A stretch of 61,936 nucleotides of DNA from Pseudobdellovibrionaceae bacterium (GTDB lineage Bacteria; Bdellovibrionota; Bdellovibrionia; Bdellovibrionales; Bdellovibrionaceae). Below the pieces are notes generated by a model that saw nothing but the letters and a program-made list of their open reading frames with translations, ran no database searches and was not told where the DNA came from. Within the stretch, counting starts at the first letter, position 1. Each line of letters begins with the position of its first letter. The position numbers and the translations under genes are program-made. Below are positions 61,631 through 61,936 of the stretch, in pieces. The stretch spans positions 1 through 61,936 of the forward strand of contig JBDHWW010000020.1 in assembly GCA_039810425.1 (NCBI GenBank), in the 5' to 3' direction.

Positions 61631-61936
61631 TTATCCCGGGCGTTTCGTTTTCTTCTTTCTCACCAGCAGCCCACGCCCCTCTAAATCATTGAGTTCATGA
61701 TAGGCGGCCACGGCTTTAAACTGCTTCCCCCAAGACAAAATCTTAGTAAAAGGGCGAAGATCAAAAAGGCCCTTGAGGGACCTTCCTTTAAGCTTTGAAA
61801 GGAGGCTCACCAGTAAAGAAGTCAGGGTTCTGATAAAAGCCAAATAAGCGTCCCGCGAAGGAAGTTTAACCAACAAATGAATATGCGACCAGTTCAGTGA
61901 AACCTCATAAAGTTGAATCCCATACCTCTTGGCATG
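61631..61936 (-). mobile_element. 3' part of a Y1 HUH transposase (RAYT / IS200-like), cut by the window edge
   Basis: Frame is open to the window end: HAKRYGIQLYEVSLNWSHIHLLV (HUH = HIH)...AVAAYHELN (Tyr). Confidence 0.75.

Overview
A gene-dense chromosomal segment, most likely from a Bdellovibrio-like predatory bacterium. This is inferred from an FQNCS-type lipoprotein, degenerate REC/HD-GYP proteins and many secreted hydrolases. Housekeeping and envelope genes include kdsA, lysA, mpaA, dapD, an Mla-like ABC operon, a lolC/E-like permease, mltB, menB, lon, a thiolase and copA. I saw no rRNA, tRNA or CRISPR array. The standout is a three-gene urate-catabolism operon (31965-38616). Gene 1 is a PuuD-type membrane urate oxidase whose usual C-terminal cytochrome c is replaced by a cupredoxin-like domain with an amicyanin-type H...C-x2-H-x2-M copper motif. 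Gene 2 is an HIU hydrolase. Gene 3 is a ~1560-aa fusion of malate synthase + OHCU decarboxylase + beta-lactamase-fold serine hydrolase + allantoicase. The window has no known allantoinase, and the serine hydrolase sits between the enzymes that make allantoin and consume allantoate, so it is a candidate new class of allantoinase. Other points of interest: a wHTH + 2x DUF5985 operon facing two hybrid histidine kinases (one poly-HAMP), a protoglobin-oxidoreductase pair, a very short yybP-ykoY-like riboswitch, a lysA/mpaA-dapD cluster, a decayed protease remnant and a truncated RAYT transposase. All family calls come from motif recognition by eye; no searches were run.
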